A stretch of DNA of 64,000 nucleotides from Fibrobacter sp. (GCA_012519985.1 JAAYPC010000029.1:18194-82193); one strand, 5' to 3'. Positions 1 through 10,238 are shown, counted from the stretch's first letter. A program made the numbers and translations. Notes: generated by a model not told the origin, from the sequence alone.

Positions 1-2
1 TT

Positions 3-344
3 AAAGACTCAAAGAAAATCCTGGAAGATATAACTGGCAAAGAAATTAATACAATCTCATTTCCTTATGGAAGCTGGAATGAACATGTCTGGAGAAAAGC
101 ACTGGAATCAGGATACGTATCAGCTACCCTTTACAGAAATCATCACCCGATCTCATCAGGACTTTTTCCGGTATATGGCGTATACCGCTTTGATAAACCT
201 TCAGATATTATGAACCGGCTCCAGAAAAGGCGCTTTTCCGCATCGATAGCAACAGCTATCCTTATGTCACATTTTTCCAAAGGAACACCTGTGGTTAAGT
301 TCAGGAAAAACTATGTGATCCGGAGAAACGGCTTTCTTTCCTGA
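3..344 (+). CDS. polysaccharide deacetylase (NodB/CE4-like) family protein, C-terminal fragment entering from the left edge
   Basis: Frame 3 is open from the window edge to TGA at 342-344. It is absent from the ORF track because no start codon lies inside the window. The translation ...GKEINTISFPYGSWNEHVWRKALESGYVSATLYRNHH... resembles the C-terminal F-P-Y-G block of NodB-type deacetylases as I recall it. The gene converges on the radical SAM gene. Confidence 0.45.
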   Translation, partial: KDSKKILEDITGKEINTISFPYGSWNEHVWRKALESGYVSATLYRNHHPISSGLFPVYGVYRFDKPSDIMNRLQKRRFSASIATAILMSHFSKGTPVVKFRKNYVIRRNGFLS

Positions 345-348
345 AATA

Positions 349-1446
349 CTACCCATCATTAATTGTCAGATGCCGATAATTGCAGAAGAGCAGTTCTCCA
401 CTTTTCTGGTCACGAAGATGCAAGCCATTTCCTTTACAGAAATTCCACACTTTACAATCGGCGCATACTCCGGTTTTTGCCCAACTCCGGTTCCTCATGT
501 TCTGAAAACGGTTATTCCAGACATCCCAGAAATCGTCTTTGTATATATTGCCCTGGATATAATCCTGTCTCAGCGATGGACAGGCAGATATCGATCCATC
601 AACCAGCACCGATGCGATTCCTATCCCTGCACCACAATTGAAAGGGATATCACGCACTTCCATCTCATACTCCCCAATAAACCCTTCACATCCATAAGAT
701 GCAATGATTTTTCCCTCCCGGCGTGTTTCTCGGATAAATTCCATGAGCTCGATCAGTTGTTTGCCGGTTAACTTCAACTCTTCATTGCCACTTGCGCGTC
801 CTTTGGGAAAGATGGAAACCAGCCTCCACTTTTTAACTCCACATTTAACCAGTACATCTTTTATCTGATGAAGCATTGCGATATTTCTCTGGTTTACACA
901 AGTAACCACATCAAAATACAAGCCTTTTTTTGATGCCTCTGAAGCCAGTTCAATGGTAAGAATCGCCTTTTTGTAAGAATCTGCTCTGCCCCGGAACCAA
1001 TTGTGCTCCTTTTCAAGACCATCAAGGCTGATTGCCATGGAGCATATTCCTGACTTAAGCAAATTTTCAAATTTACGAACAGTCATCAGATATCCATTTG
1101 TTACAATACCCCAGGGATATCCTAACGAACGAATCTGAAAACCCGCATCTGCAAGATCATCCCTTATCAAAGGCTCGCCACCAGTGATTGCTATCATCAT
1201 TTTTGAAGGATTTACCCTGTTTTTTAAACTCTGCAACACTCTAAGAAAATCCTTCGCAGGCATATCCGAATGCTCAGAATCACTCTTGCAGTCACTTCCG
1301 CAATGCAAACAGTTCATGTTGCAACGGGTCGTACACTCCCAAAACAAATACCTGAGCTCATGAATCTGCGCATCTATACTCTTTTTCAAAGAATACAGAT
1401 TCAAGGCGATTCTCTTTTTAAAGGAAATTTTTTCTGCGCTGATCAT
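349..1446 (-). CDS. radical SAM / SPASM-domain protein
   Basis: CNMNCLHC (CxxxCxxC) lies near the N-terminus, with a GGEPL motif. The C-terminal Cys-rich block (NCGAG..., CPSL..., CADCKVWNFCKGNG) is typical of SPASM auxiliary clusters. Its ATG overlaps the upstream stop (ATGA at 1443-1446). Confidence 0.85.
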   Translation of the reverse strand: MISAEKISFKKRIALNLYSLKKSIDAQIHELRYLFWECTTRCNMNCLHCGSDCKSDSEHSDMPAKDFLRVLQSLKNRVNPSKMMIAITGGEPLIRDDLADAGFQIRSLGYPWGIVTNGYLMTVRKFENLLKSGICSMAISLDGLEKEHNWFRGRADSYKKAILTIELASEASKKGLYFDVVTCVNQRNIAMLHQIKDVLVKCGVKKWRLVSIFPKGRASGNEELKLTGKQLIELMEFIRETRREGKIIASYGCEGFIGEYEMEVRDIPFNCGAGIGIASVLVDGSISACPSLRQDYIQGNIYKDDFWDVWNNRFQNMRNRSWAKTGVCADCKVWNFCKGNGLHLRDQKSGELLFCNYRHLTINDG

Positions 1447-2195
1447 TTCACTGCAATCTTGGTGCTTAACAGTCCCTTGTCAGTCCTTACGTTTATCAGG
1501 TAAACACCACGAGAAAATCTTTCCGCATTCCAGCTCAAAACACCATCCTGTGAGATTTTGGGTGAGGCAACCAGCTTTCCGGTTATATCAATAATTTTAG
1601 CTGAACATTTATTCCCACCAGACCAGTTTCCTATCTTTATCGATACAGTGTTACCATTAACCGTTTTAGATAACGGTACCGATATCGGTTTTGTTTCCTG
1701 ATAAACACCATTCGCATCATTCGGATATAAGTAGATGACAATACTTGTATCTGAAATAGAATTCAACCGATAGTCATCCGATATAGCAACAGGATTTCCG
1801 TCAATCCCTGAATTGGAGCCATAATACGCAAAAACTATGTTGCCTGTCTCCTGACTGATTATTGCTTCAGGATAGGTAGTTACAAAATTGCCTAAAGAAT
1901 CAGTATTCACCGAATCAACGACATTGATATAACACGATGATGGAGTGCCCATGCCATAAAGTGGACATATCAAATAATCACCCATAAAAAGTTTTACATT
2001 TTTTACAATAGACGAATCAACACTCCAATAGACTTTCCCCTTGATAAGTTTTTTTTCCCAATTTCCATCTATGACTTTGGCAGATAACCCGGAAATCACA
2101 CAAAAAACTGCAAATACAGTAGCTATAGCTTTGCTATAAAGGAAAAGCAAAGAACGACAAGTCCACAAAGAAGCTCTGATTACTTTTTTTCCCAT
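1443..2195 (-). CDS. secreted protein with T9SS (Por) C-terminal sorting domain
   Basis: It has a hydrophobic N-terminal signal or anchor. The C-terminus ...GVYLINVRTDKGLLSTKIAVK has the usual T9SS CTD pattern. An AGAGGAG RBS lies upstream of the ATG at 2195. Confidence 0.6.
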   Translation of the reverse strand: MGKKVIRASLWTCRSLLFLYSKAIATVFAVFCVISGLSAKVIDGNWEKKLIKGKVYWSVDSSIVKNVKLFMGDYLICPLYGMGTPSSCYINVVDSVNTDSLGNFVTTYPEAIISQETGNIVFAYYGSNSGIDGNPVAISDDYRLNSISDTSIVIYLYPNDANGVYQETKPISVPLSKTVNGNTVSIKIGNWSGGNKCSAKIIDITGKLVASPKISQDGVLSWNAERFSRGVYLINVRTDKGLLSTKIAVK

Positions 2196-2536
2196 TTCCC
2201 AGACTCCTCTTTTAGTGCTGTGATGAAGCGACTATGTAATTTTCAGGATCCAACTTATAAAAAAAATAAAATCTTACTATCCCAGGAATGGTTCGGATTT
2301 ACAAAACGATCTATATCTATATAATGATACCAAATCGGTCATTAAGCAATATTTCAGAACTGCATGAGGTTTCTTCCGCTACGTTTCTTCTATATTCTGC
2401 ATCTTCTGTCATAAAGTAAAAAGGAAAGGAACCAAGGTTCTCTTATTTAGTAGTCACATAAATATATTAAGTTGTAATTATTAATAACCGCAACAGATAT
2501 TGTTAAAGGCATTATCTACTTTATTAAACCTCATAG

Positions 2537-2758
2537 TTAACGGAAATACTCTGTTTCAACCGGTATAATATTGAGCGCTCTTGGGCCGCGGGAACTGAGA
2601 TGAAGGTCAAAAATAACCTGCTGACCTTCATAAACCATTCGATATCCCTGTCTTTTAATATCTTTATAGGTAAACTTGATAACTCCAGGAACCTCATCGT
2701 TTACAATAAAACCAGTTCCATTAATTTCGTTAAATGAACTGACAATCCCCCTGGACAT
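2537..2758 (-). CDS. cold-shock-domain-like small nucleic-acid-binding protein
   Basis: This 73-aa protein (GIVSSFNEINGTGFIVNDE...IKFTY...YEGQQVIFDL...GPRALNI) aligns by eye to the CspA fold but has non-canonical RNP1/RNP2 motifs. It starts 10 nt after the mtnA stop. Confidence 0.55.
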   Translation of the reverse strand: MSRGIVSSFNEINGTGFIVNDEVPGVIKFTYKDIKRQGYRMVYEGQQVIFDLHLSSRGPRALNIIPVETEYFR

Positions 2759-2768
2759 ACCCGATTCC

Positions 2769-3815
2769 TTATTGCATACATTTCAGATTTTGATCAAACG
2801 GAGGATATATCACGCCCTTGTCAGTGATAAATGCAGTTATCAGATGAGCCGGGGTAACATCAAATGCAGGATTGAAAATATTTACCCCCGATGGAGCGGT
2901 CTGCTTTCCAAACCCACAACTGACCTCTGTATCATCACGCTCTTCAATTGGAATCTGCGAACCGGTTTTCATTGACATATCAAAGGTAGAAAAAGGTGCA
3001 GCAACATAGAAAGGAATGTTGTGCGCCTTAGCAAGAAGCGCAACCCCATAGGTACCAATCTTATTGGCAGTATCCCCATTTGCAGTGATTCTGTCAGCAC
3101 CAACAATAACCGCTTCTACTAACCCCCTGGCCATAACAGTAGCAGCCATATTATCACAAATTAAGGTTACCGGAATTCCAGCCTGTTTGAGCTCAAATGC
3201 AGTAATCCTGGCTCCTTGTAAAAGAGGACGTGTTTCATCTGCATACACATGAAAACGCAGTCCCCTCTCTGCTCCTACATAAATAGGAGCAAGCGCAGTC
3301 CCATATTCTGCAGTAGCAAGACCTCCTGCATTACAATGAGTCAAAATCGTTCTTCTGTTACCTAGTAGCTTAACCCCAGCCTCACCAATTAATCTTCCGG
3401 TCTGACGATCCTCTTCAAGTACACAAATAGCTTCGTTAAGAAGTTCCTGCTTTATATCTATTATGGTTTTTCCAGCTTCAATCAGCTTTCTTGCAGTATC
3501 TTTCATACGCCTGATAGCCCAGAAAAGATTCACTGCTGTAGGTCTTGATTCGGACAGATAATCAGCATTCTTTTCTAGAATAGTCATAAAATCAGTTGCA
3601 GTCCCGCTTTCAGGAAAATTTCTGATTGCCAGATAAACTCCAAATGCAGCAGCAATACCAATTGCAGGTGCTCCCCTGACCTTCAGTATCTTTATCGCAT
3701 GATACATCTGCTCAACAGTGTCGATTTGCTCGTAAATAAGCTCAGTTGGCAACTTCGTCTGATTAATTATTCTCACTGAATTATCAGTCCACTCGATAGT
3801 CTTGAGCCGTGACAT
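2769..3815 (-). CDS. mtnA: S-methyl-5-thioribose-1-phosphate isomerase
   Basis: The 348-aa protein has eIF-2B alpha/beta/delta family signatures (VRGAPAIGIAAAFG, THCNAG, GADRI..NGD.ANKIGTY). Confidence 0.85.
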   Translation of the reverse strand: MSRLKTIEWTDNSVRIINQTKLPTELIYEQIDTVEQMYHAIKILKVRGAPAIGIAAAFGVYLAIRNFPESGTATDFMTILEKNADYLSESRPTAVNLFWAIRRMKDTARKLIEAGKTIIDIKQELLNEAICVLEEDRQTGRLIGEAGVKLLGNRRTILTHCNAGGLATAEYGTALAPIYVGAERGLRFHVYADETRPLLQGARITAFELKQAGIPVTLICDNMAATVMARGLVEAVIVGADRITANGDTANKIGTYGVALLAKAHNIPFYVAAPFSTFDMSMKTGSQIPIEERDDTEVSCGFGKQTAPSGVNIFNPAFDVTPAHLITAFITDKGVIYPPFDQNLKCMQ

Positions 3816-3885
3816 GTATCTCCTTTATCAATAAAACGAAAAAAATATTGTCAAATTACGATAACTGAAAAACCATCTGATTCCA

Positions 3886-3932
3886 TCATAAACAATTTAA
3901 CCCCTCCATGGTTCATTCCATAAGGGGTTAAA
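3886..3932 (-). terminator. rho-independent terminator downstream of the EF-G paralog
   Basis: A 10-bp stem pairs TTTAACCCCT (3896-3905) with AGGGGTTAAA (3923-3932). On the minus strand it is followed by TTGTTTAT. Confidence 0.6.
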
Positions 3933-3959
3933 TCTACTTTACTTCCCAAAAAGAAATTT

Positions 3960-6047
3960 TCAGGCTTCCACAGTCTCTTCTTTCTTCGAGCTCTCAATAA
4001 CTTTCTTTGCCAGCTCAGAAGGAACTGGTTCGTAATGAGAGAATGATTTGGTGAAGAACCCTCGACCCTGCGTCAGAGATCTGAGCGTGGTAGAATAGTT
4101 TAGAACCTCAGCTTCCGGCACTTTTGCTGTAATGGTTTGTTTCTTACCGCTGGGATTCATCCCGCCTATTTTACCGCGTCTTGAAGAAAGATCACCCATG
4201 ATATCACCAGTAGCTTCCTCCGGAACGGTCACACTCAGATTTACCACCGGCTCCAGAAGTATTGGCGAAGCACTTTCAAATGCCTTTTTAAATACCTCCC
4301 TGCCAGCAATCTGAAAAGCGATATCCTTTGAGTCAACCGGATGAGTCTTTCCATCTACAAGAGAAACCCGCACATCTACTATAGGGTATCCGGCCAGAAT
4401 CCCTTCCTCCATCTTACTTCGTACCCCTTTATCAACACTGGGCCGAAAGACCTGATCAATAACTCCACCTACTATTTTATCCACAAACTCATATCCGGTA
4501 CCTCTGGGAAGTGGTTCAAGATCAATACAAACTTTTGCATATTGACCGGCACCACCAGACTGCTTTTTATGGGTATATTCTACATATTTTACTGGCTTGG
4601 TGATCGTCTCACGATAAGAAAGCTTGCGTGGCTTACGCACTACTTCCACTTTAAAACGGTTTCTGAGATTTTCCAGAATTATATCCAAATGAATATCTCC
4701 CATTGCAGAGAGTATTGATTGATGAACATCAGCCTGATACTTATAGGTGAAACTTATATCCTCTTCGTGAAGCTTGGCTAATCCAACCGAAATCTTCTCC
4801 TCATCGCCTTTCTTACTGGCATCGATTGCAATACTAACCACTGGTTCAGGCAGCTCTGTAGCCGCAAATCTGAAATGAACACTCTTATCCACCAGAGAAT
4901 TATTGGTATGAGTATCTTTTAATTTTAATACCCCTCCAATATCACCACAGACCATCTCAGAGGTCTCAGTCCTCTCTTTTCCCCGCAAATAAAACATACT
5001 GCCCATTTTCTCAATATTGCCACGATCCGGATTATTTAGCTCCATCCCGGATTGTATGTTACCTGAGAAAACCCGGATCAGATTTATCTCTCCCAGATGC
5101 TCTTCGGAAATCGACTTGAAAACAAATGCAGCAGCAGGCCCCTTTTCATCACAGCTTATCTGCTTTTCCTCATCGTTTTCTATAACCGTGACACTGGTAC
5201 GGGTACTGGCTGCAGGACATAGATTTACAATTTTAGTAAGCAACTGATCTACCCCAATATTCAGAGTGGCACTACCGGACAAAAGCGGATAGATATTTCC
5301 TTCCTGAACCCCTTTTGCCAAACCATTCCGTATCTCCTGATCAGATAATTCTCCCTTTTCAAAATAGGCATTCATCAGTTCTTCATCTGTCTCTGCAACC
5401 GACTCCATCAAGGCTTGCCTGAGTGAATCCACCTGAGCTGACATATCGGCAGGAATCTCGATCTTGTTGCCTATGCCATTTCCATCAGGAGTATATGTAT
5501 AAGCTTCCTTTGCCACCAAATCAATCACACCTTTAAAAGATGGACCTGCAGATATTGGAATTACCAAAGGTGCAACTCCGGAACCAAAGTTCTGCTTAAG
5601 CTGGTCCAGGACCTTCTGAAAGTCCGCATTTTCTTTATCCATTCCATTTACAAATATCACCCTTGAAGTCTCCGTGCCTTCAAGATAGGAGGTAACCAGT
5701 TCGGTTCCAACCTGAACACCGCTGACACCATCGACCAGGATCACTGCTGTCTCTACCACTCTAAGGGCTGATTTGGCTTCTCCCAGAAGATCCAGAAATC
5801 CGGGAGTGTCAAGGAAATTTATTTTGGTATCGTTCCACTCACAATAACCCAAATGAGTGGAAATAGTTATTTTCCGTTCCTTTTCATCGGGACGACTGTC
5901 AAAAATGCTGCTGCCATTATCAACTTTGCCCAGTTTAGAGGTAGCTTTTGCAGTAAAACAGGATGCCTCTAAAAGTGAAGTTTTTCCTACTCCACCATGA
6001 GACAACAGACAGACATTACGTATCGATCCGGCCTGGTATTTCTTCAT
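3960..6047 (-). CDS. elongation factor G family GTPase (EF-G paralog)
   Basis: The 695-aa protein has the G-domain motifs SHGGVGKT, DTPGF and NGMDK, plus EF-G domains II-V by eye (GxxxxxRVFSG..., ...LLEPV...). Confidence 0.85.
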   Translation of the reverse strand: MKKYQAGSIRNVCLLSHGGVGKTSLLEASCFTAKATSKLGKVDNGSSIFDSRPDEKERKITISTHLGYCEWNDTKINFLDTPGFLDLLGEAKSALRVVETAVILVDGVSGVQVGTELVTSYLEGTETSRVIFVNGMDKENADFQKVLDQLKQNFGSGVAPLVIPISAGPSFKGVIDLVAKEAYTYTPDGNGIGNKIEIPADMSAQVDSLRQALMESVAETDEELMNAYFEKGELSDQEIRNGLAKGVQEGNIYPLLSGSATLNIGVDQLLTKIVNLCPAASTRTSVTVIENDEEKQISCDEKGPAAAFVFKSISEEHLGEINLIRVFSGNIQSGMELNNPDRGNIEKMGSMFYLRGKERTETSEMVCGDIGGVLKLKDTHTNNSLVDKSVHFRFAATELPEPVVSIAIDASKKGDEEKISVGLAKLHEEDISFTYKYQADVHQSILSAMGDIHLDIILENLRNRFKVEVVRKPRKLSYRETITKPVKYVEYTHKKQSGGAGQYAKVCIDLEPLPRGTGYEFVDKIVGGVIDQVFRPSVDKGVRSKMEEGILAGYPIVDVRVSLVDGKTHPVDSKDIAFQIAGREVFKKAFESASPILLEPVVNLSVTVPEEATGDIMGDLSSRRGKIGGMNPSGKKQTITAKVPEAEVLNYSTTLRSLTQGRGFFTKSFSHYEPVPSELAKKVIESSKKEETVEA

Positions 6048-6640
6048 GTAACCTCCGTACGGGATATTCCTCGTAAGATTTTTCGGGTTATTGTGTTTAA
6101 TTAATTAATTTAAGCCTTTAATTTAGCCAATCTAAGAAATATATAAATGGAAACATGCCTATGCAATTCTCATCAAAAGAATAAATCACCTTTTCATATC
6201 CCTTATCAGTTGAGATTTTACCATAGCAGTACCTCAGACCCTGATCCACATATATAGACATCCGCCACATCTATACGGGGCGCTCTTCGGTGGGAATGAA
6301 AGGTCATTCTCATTTATGCAGATTTTTCCTCTCTCCTGTAAACAATCAAAAATAGAAATAAAAACAATAAACTTATTACCAATGGGATCAGATTTTGGTT
6401 TATAGCACGCGCTAATCATGGTAGAGTTATGTCATGTTGTTCACTAAAAACAAAAAAATTGGAATTAATTTCCCCCGATGTGTTCGGAATATATTTAAAT
6501 TAATTTATTTTAACCATGTTTATATAGTTTAAATTCAATATCTTATTAGATATTTTGTTCGGGCAGCATAAATAAATTTCACTTTTTTATTAGAAGTTTT
6601 GTTTATATTATTCTTCAGAAAAGGTTAGAAAGGTTTTCTG

Positions 6641-7483
6641 GTGAATAAACTGCTGAAAATTTCTATCTTCGATTATGTTGATTATCGTTTTTTTCTGACG
6701 GATTATTTTAACCGGGAGAAGCTTGTTGTCAGAGGGTTTTCATACAGGTCTTTTGCCCAAAAAGCCGGAGTTTCAGCTAGCCTTCTCAAAGACATTCTGT
6801 CAAACCGCCAGAATCTTACAATTCAGACTATGCATAAATACGCATCAGCGATGGAACTTGGTGCGAAGGAGATAGCGTATTTTGAAGCTCTTGTTAATTT
6901 TAACAATGCTTCAAACAATAATGAAAAAAACAGATATTTTGATGAGATGGTCAGCCTCAGGGGAAGATCATCAGTGAAATTTCTCGATCTTCAGCAGTAT
7001 GAATATTTTTCTGAATGGTATCATGCAGTTGTGAGAGAGCTGATAACTCATGTGGGGCTGGGATGTGATGCTGAGGCAATTTCCCGGTGTATCGAACCTT
7101 CAGTGAGTCCTGCAAAAATTCGCAAGTCGATAAAACTCTTAAAAGAACTTGGCCTGATATATGAGAATGACGGGATATGGCATGCTTCAGATAAAGTGCT
7201 ATCATCCGAGTATCAGATACAGTCCTTAGCATTGAAAAACTATCATATAGGGATGCTTGAAAGGGCAAGGGAGTCTCTTGATAAGAATTCAAGTGACGAG
7301 CGGGAATTTCAAGGGCATACATTAAGTGTGAGTTCATCGACTTTTATGAGAATGAAAGAGCGGATCAGAGCCTTTTCCGATGAACTTCTGAGCATGGCTG
7401 CTGCAGATAAGGATATTCCGGATAAAGTGTATCAGATTAACATTCAGATGTTCCCCTTGACTAAAAAAATGAGCAGGTCTTGA
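6641..7483 (+). CDS. TIGR02147-like protein with N-terminal XRE-type helix-turn-helix
   Basis: It has a GTG start. The N-terminus IFDYVDYRFFLTDYF...FSYRSFAQKAGVSASLLKDILSNRQNLT matches my recollection of the Fibrobacter paralogous family TIGR02147. The stop at 7481-7483 abuts the next gene. Confidence 0.55.
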   Translation: MNKLLKISIFDYVDYRFFLTDYFNREKLVVRGFSYRSFAQKAGVSASLLKDILSNRQNLTIQTMHKYASAMELGAKEIAYFEALVNFNNASNNNEKNRYFDEMVSLRGRSSVKFLDLQQYEYFSEWYHAVVRELITHVGLGCDAEAISRCIEPSVSPAKIRKSIKLLKELGLIYENDGIWHASDKVLSSEYQIQSLALKNYHIGMLERARESLDKNSSDEREFQGHTLSVSSSTFMRMKERIRAFSDELLSMAAADKDIPDKVYQINIQMFPLTKKMSRS

Positions 7484-7485
7484 AT

Positions 7486-9174
7486 ATGAAACGAAAACAG
7501 GAACATTTACCGATTATTTTGTTTGCGCTGATACATTTTACAGCACTAATCATGATTACCGGATGTTCAGATCCTGTGGCCAGCGGAGGGACTCGGGGCG
7601 GCAATCCGGTTGTTACCGGGATGATCATCGGTCTTGATGGGCATGCTGCCGCTGATGTTAAGGTTTCATTGATCCCTTCGGACTATAACCCGGTTACAGA
7701 TTCATCGGTGGTCCTGCCTGGCTTTACATTAACAGATGCAGAGGGCGTTTTTTCTATAGAGGCTCCAGATTCAGGAACCTATTCGATCGAAGCGGTTAAT
7801 ACTCATGATGGCAGCCGTCTGCTGCGATTCAATGTGACAACTGCCAATGATAGTATCAGTGAACTTCCTTGTGACACGCTCCATTTACCCGGTATGCTTA
7901 AAGTTATTGTTGCTGGAAGTACAGACGGATATCTCTTTGTCCCTGGAACAAAGCTCAAGGCGTTCATTACCCCTGGATCGGACACGGTAACCATAGATTC
8001 TGTTCCGGCAACAACTCTGCCGGCACTCGTGTCCTCAGAGATTAACAGTAATCAGACAAGTGTTTTACGAAACGATATTGTTGTCAGTTCCGGTTGTGTA
8101 ACCTTAATAGAATCTGAGGTACCAGGTGGATCTCTTCAAATTACACTCAATACTGCACAGGATGGAGCTGCGATAAACAGTGATGTATATGGCTTTCCTG
8201 TTCTGATTCGTTTAAACAAGACAAATTTCAATTTCAAGGAAATAGAAAAAGACGGAGCTGAACTATACTTTACACGAATGGAAACCATCATACTTCCGTT
8301 TGAAATCGAGCGCTGGGATAGTGATGGCGAGCGTGCTGAAATCTGGGTAAAGGTAGACACTATCTATGGTAATAATTCAACGCAGTCGATAACAATGCAC
8401 TGGAATAGAGCCAGAGAGAGTGAGTCCGCAGATTATGCCGGGTCAGCAGTCTTTGACACAAGTGATGGGTTTCAGGGTGTATGGCATCTTGGAGATGGAC
8501 TTGTTGGCGGGCAGTTCAGTGATGCGACTGCCAATAAGTATCACGGGATTTCTCCGGACACTGCATTTCCTGAAACAGGCGAGGGAGTAATTGGAAATTG
8601 TGCGATGTTTGATGGCAAGAGGAATTTTATTACCATGCAGAATACCGCTGATGGTGCATTGAATTTTCCTGAAAACGGTTATTATACGGTTTGTGCATGG
8701 GCTCGTCTTGATACGATGGACAATCAGTCGCATTGTATTGTTTCAAAGGGATTTGAGCAATATTATCTTAGATCAACATATATCTCGGTTGAAAACATGT
8801 CGGCTCCAATGTGGGAATTTGTAGAATTCAGCGATAAAGACAAGTGGCAGACACTCAGCACTCCTGCATCAGAAAAGCAGTGGACGTTTATTGTCGGAGT
8901 CCGCGAAGGAGAAAAGCAATTTTTGTATTGCAATGGAGTACTTGTCGACACCACTTTAGATTTGTGGCCCTATCCTGCTAACAGAACTACTTCAAATGAT
9001 CTGTATATCGGGAGGTTTTCAAAACAGACGAGTACACCACTTGAAGAGGGTATCTTCCATTTCAAAGGCGGAATCGATGAAGTTCGGATACTAAACAAAG
9101 CAGTTAATGCGGACTGGATAAAACTATGCTATATGAATCAGAGAACAGATGACCAACTGGTTATTATGAAATAA
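7486..9174 (+). CDS. lipoprotein with CarboxypepD_reg-like, DUF2341 and LamG/concanavalin-like domains
   Basis: The lipobox is LIMITGC. The segment PVLIRLNKTNFNF...AELYFTR...FEIERWDSDGERAEIWVKV resembles DUF2341. The C-terminal part (GGIDEVRILNKAVNADWI) resembles a LamG laminin-G fold. The track ORF begins at TTG 7480, but the ATG at 7486 is more likely. Confidence 0.6.
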   Translation: MKRKQEHLPIILFALIHFTALIMITGCSDPVASGGTRGGNPVVTGMIIGLDGHAAADVKVSLIPSDYNPVTDSSVVLPGFTLTDAEGVFSIEAPDSGTYSIEAVNTHDGSRLLRFNVTTANDSISELPCDTLHLPGMLKVIVAGSTDGYLFVPGTKLKAFITPGSDTVTIDSVPATTLPALVSSEINSNQTSVLRNDIVVSSGCVTLIESEVPGGSLQITLNTAQDGAAINSDVYGFPVLIRLNKTNFNFKEIEKDGAELYFTRMETIILPFEIERWDSDGERAEIWVKVDTIYGNNSTQSITMHWNRARESESADYAGSAVFDTSDGFQGVWHLGDGLVGGQFSDATANKYHGISPDTAFPETGEGVIGNCAMFDGKRNFITMQNTADGALNFPENGYYTVCAWARLDTMDNQSHCIVSKGFEQYYLRSTYISVENMSAPMWEFVEFSDKDKWQTLSTPASEKQWTFIVGVREGEKQFLYCNGVLVDTTLDLWPYPANRTTSNDLYIGRFSKQTSTPLEEGIFHFKGGIDEVRILNKAVNADWIKLCYMNQRTDDQLVIMK

Positions 9175-9257
9175 CGATCCGGTAAATCTTCGGCCGAGAC
9201 TGTACCGGATAACTATAAAACAAAAAATATGTATCTTACATTTAAAAGGAGGCATTT

Positions 9258-10238
9258 ATGCATAATTTAAAAAGTTGTTTTGTTAAAATGACTTTTGCAT
9301 GTCTGTTTATTGTGTTTACCATGTATGCACAAAAACCACAGTTAACAGAAAACGATCTGTTGTGCAATGGCGAATCATTTTTTGAAATGACTGATATTTG
9401 TAAAGAACTTTCCAAACTGGCACGGGAAGATGGAGTACTTATTAGTAATAAGAATTTCAATCAGGTTGCGCAATCTGGCCAACCCATTTCCGTTATCAGG
9501 AATAACTTTGTGACGAAAGCTAATCCTAAGCCTAAATATGTTGTAACCGATGGCGGTGGCATCGATTTGATGTTTGCTAACTGCCAACCCGGTGACAAAA
9601 ATTGTGGCCAAATTCAAGAGTGTAAAAGAGAATTATTATTGTATATTGATGAAATGAAAAAAGCCGGTGTGAAAGCATTTCTATGGATGGGATATCCTGA
9701 AGTTCCAAATATGCAAAACCTTACAATCAACCAGGCTATATGGACTGAGGTAACTAAGGAACTTATAGCTCAAACAACCGAACCAAAAGCAATCTATGTT
9801 GATTTATTGCCTGTATTTGCAGGACATTATAATCAATATTTTAGTAATAATGACTACCTCCACCCTAACAATACTGGTAGTAGAGCAGTTGCTCAAGCGT
9901 TCTGGGATGCAATGAAAGCAAACAATTATGCTTTTTTCGATACCGGAGCAGTATCTGTATCTGAACAGACTGTTAACAAGGTCGTGTCTAATCATATTCT
10001 TGGCCAGAAAATGAAAAACGACAATCTATATTTGTCATTATCTGTTGATCAACCATCAGATATCAAACTTAGACTGACAACTGCTTCCGGTCGCAGTGTA
10101 TTTACAGCTCAGAAACATGCTGCAGTTAGCGGAAAACAGGATGTTGTATTTCATACAGGTAGACTCGCAAGCGGAGTATATCTCTGTGAAATCAGGACTG
10201 GCAAACAAATTAGTCAATCAACATTGCTTGTCCACTGA
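9258..10238 (+). CDS. SGNH/GDSL-like hydrolase with T9SS C-terminal sorting domain
   Basis: An AGGAGG RBS lies at 9246-9251 and the protein has a signal peptide. It has a DYLHPN (DxxH) block, and the C-terminus GVYLCEIRTGKQISQSTLLVH is T9SS CTD-like. Confidence 0.55.
   Translation: MHNLKSCFVKMTFACLFIVFTMYAQKPQLTENDLLCNGESFFEMTDICKELSKLAREDGVLISNKNFNQVAQSGQPISVIRNNFVTKANPKPKYVVTDGGGIDLMFANCQPGDKNCGQIQECKRELLLYIDEMKKAGVKAFLWMGYPEVPNMQNLTINQAIWTEVTKELIAQTTEPKAIYVDLLPVFAGHYNQYFSNNDYLHPNNTGSRAVAQAFWDAMKANNYAFFDTGAVSVSEQTVNKVVSNHILGQKMKNDNLYLSLSVDQPSDIKLRLTTASGRSVFTAQKHAAVSGKQDVVFHTGRLASGVYLCEIRTGKQISQSTLLVH

Noticed and set aside
6234-6419. 61-aa minus-strand ORF in the 593-bp region between the EF-G paralog and the TIGR02147-like gene
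   Set aside because: It lies in AT-rich promoter-like DNA with no RBS or motif. It was treated as non-coding.
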